Assembly (NCBI RefSeq): GCF_009914755.1
Contig: NC_060926.1
Reading direction: 5' to 3' (one strand)
Source of the DNA: the human T2T-CHM13v2.0 reference genome, Homo sapiens
DNA length: 64,000 bases
A program made the position numbers and the translations under genes. Below the pieces are notes generated by a model. The model ran no database searches and was not told the DNA's origin. It saw only the letters and a program-made list of their open reading frames with translations. Positions 62,701-64,000 of the stretch are shown here, piece after piece. Each line of letters starts with the position of its first letter. Positions within the stretch are counted from its first letter, which is position 1.

Positions 62701-63678
62701 GTATGGCATGTTTTAATATTTGGTGGCAAGTCTGAGGTTGCCTTTCTCGTCTGGGTCATGCCTCCATGACCCTGAGGGAGACAGCTGCACTTGGCTGCTC
62801 CCTGAGGTGGCAATCCCCCTTTAGGTCTTGTATAAAGAGGGAAGGATGGTTTGATCTCATGTTTAGGGACTCAGGCTCAGATGCTACAGGGTGGGCTTGA
62901 GGAGGCTTATTAAGGGGAGGGTAAGACACCAGCTGTAACAGCACCCTTCCTCCTATTCATACCCCACAAAACATGTTTGATAAAATCAGTGCCTTTGAGA
63001 TGGATTCACTTGGGAGTTTTGCCACAAAGTTCTGAGTCTGCTCTCACAATTGGAAATTATGGAACCTGAGCAAAGGAGACTGATCCAGTCACAGTGGGGT
63101 CACACATATTATCCTATCTTTTTGAAATGTGAACAGAATTGGAGCTGGGGAGCTTGAGTTGTCCTAAGAGGCCTGTAGTTTCTAGAACACATCCTTTTGA
63201 TAGGCTCTGCCCAGCAGCTTAGCAGGACCTGGCCTGGGATGGGGAGGGAGGCCACCTCTGAGCAGTGACACATCCTCCACCCTGGCTCACCTTTTCCCTG
63301 AGGCTGACTATGAACAGGACGGTGCTTGAGAACCTGTGAGATCTGAGCCAGGACTCTTGAGCCAGGAGCCAGAGCATACCCTGGAAGGGGAGTGTCAATT
63401 TGCACTGGCAGGACCCAGAAAGAGTCAGTCTCCTGGGGTGGGACGCTTGGAGGGAGGGGCTCAGGGTAACCCTCTAGAGCAGGGATTCTCAAGGTAGGTC
63501 CCACCGTCCCTGTGGATCACAAGGAGCCTCCTGCCAGACAGCACATCCCGAATACAGCTCTTTCCATTATGTTCTCCAGGGGAATGATGAACCCATCCAG
63601 AAGATTCCATCTTTTACTCATGACCAGGTCCTCTTCATTTCAACCTATTAATTGAATTATTAAGAATTATCAACTGAG

Positions 63679-63954
63679 GGCTGGGCACAGTGGCTCACGC
63701 CTGTAATCCCAGCACTTTGGGTGTCCGAGGTGGGCAGATCACGAGGTCAGGAGATTGAGACTATCCTGGCTAACATGGTGAAACCCCGTCTTTACTAAAA
63801 ATACAAAAAATTAGCCAGGTGTGGTGGTGGGCGCCTGTAGTCCCAGCTTCTTGGGAGGCTGAGGCAGGAGAATGGTGTGAACCCTGGAGGCAGAGCTGAA
63901 ATTGAGCTGAAATTGCGCCACAGCACTCCAGCCGTCTCAAAAAAAAAAAAAAAA
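63679..63954 (+). mobile_element. AluY-like with ~18-bp TSD
   Basis: gatcacgaggtcaggagattgagac diagnostics. TSD AAGAATTA(T/C)CAACTGAGG at 63662-63679 and 63955-63972. Confidence 0.9.
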
Positions 63955-64000
63955 AAGAATTACCAACTGAGGGTAGACATAAAGTAAAATGATGGAGGCG

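Overview
Primate (human-like) genomic DNA, not prokaryotic. The only protein-coding sequence I can support is exon 1 of the homeobox gene VAX2 (+ strand, ATG 45689, phase-1 donor after 45935). From recalled gene order this places the window at chr2p13.3, between CD207 and VAX2. The window holds about 45 kb upstream of VAX2 and the first ~18 kb of intron 1. Upstream it contains a decayed PRELID1 processed pseudogene, a near full-length inactivated L1PA6-like element (~21.0-27.1 kb), a solo MER9 (HERV-K HML-3) LTR, many Alus, and old L1M/MaLR/MIR/L2/Tigger1 fragments. A string of CpG islands runs from 32.5 to 52.9 kb. Almost all ORF-track entries are Alu/L1-derived or GC-rich noise. I found no new multi-gene system. 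The most interesting signals are: (1) two upstream cassettes with canonical splice sites that would splice in frame onto VAX2 and add 49 aa; (2) a 5'-inverted Alu with twin-priming geometry; (3) two templated-inversion repair scars flanking one trimeric Alu; (4) a 31-bp hairpin; (5) an unidentified 76-nt retroposed RNA fragment flanked by a target-site duplication (TSD); (6) an L1 with no TSD, suggesting an insertion-associated deletion. Repeat subfamily calls and boundaries are by eye and approximate.
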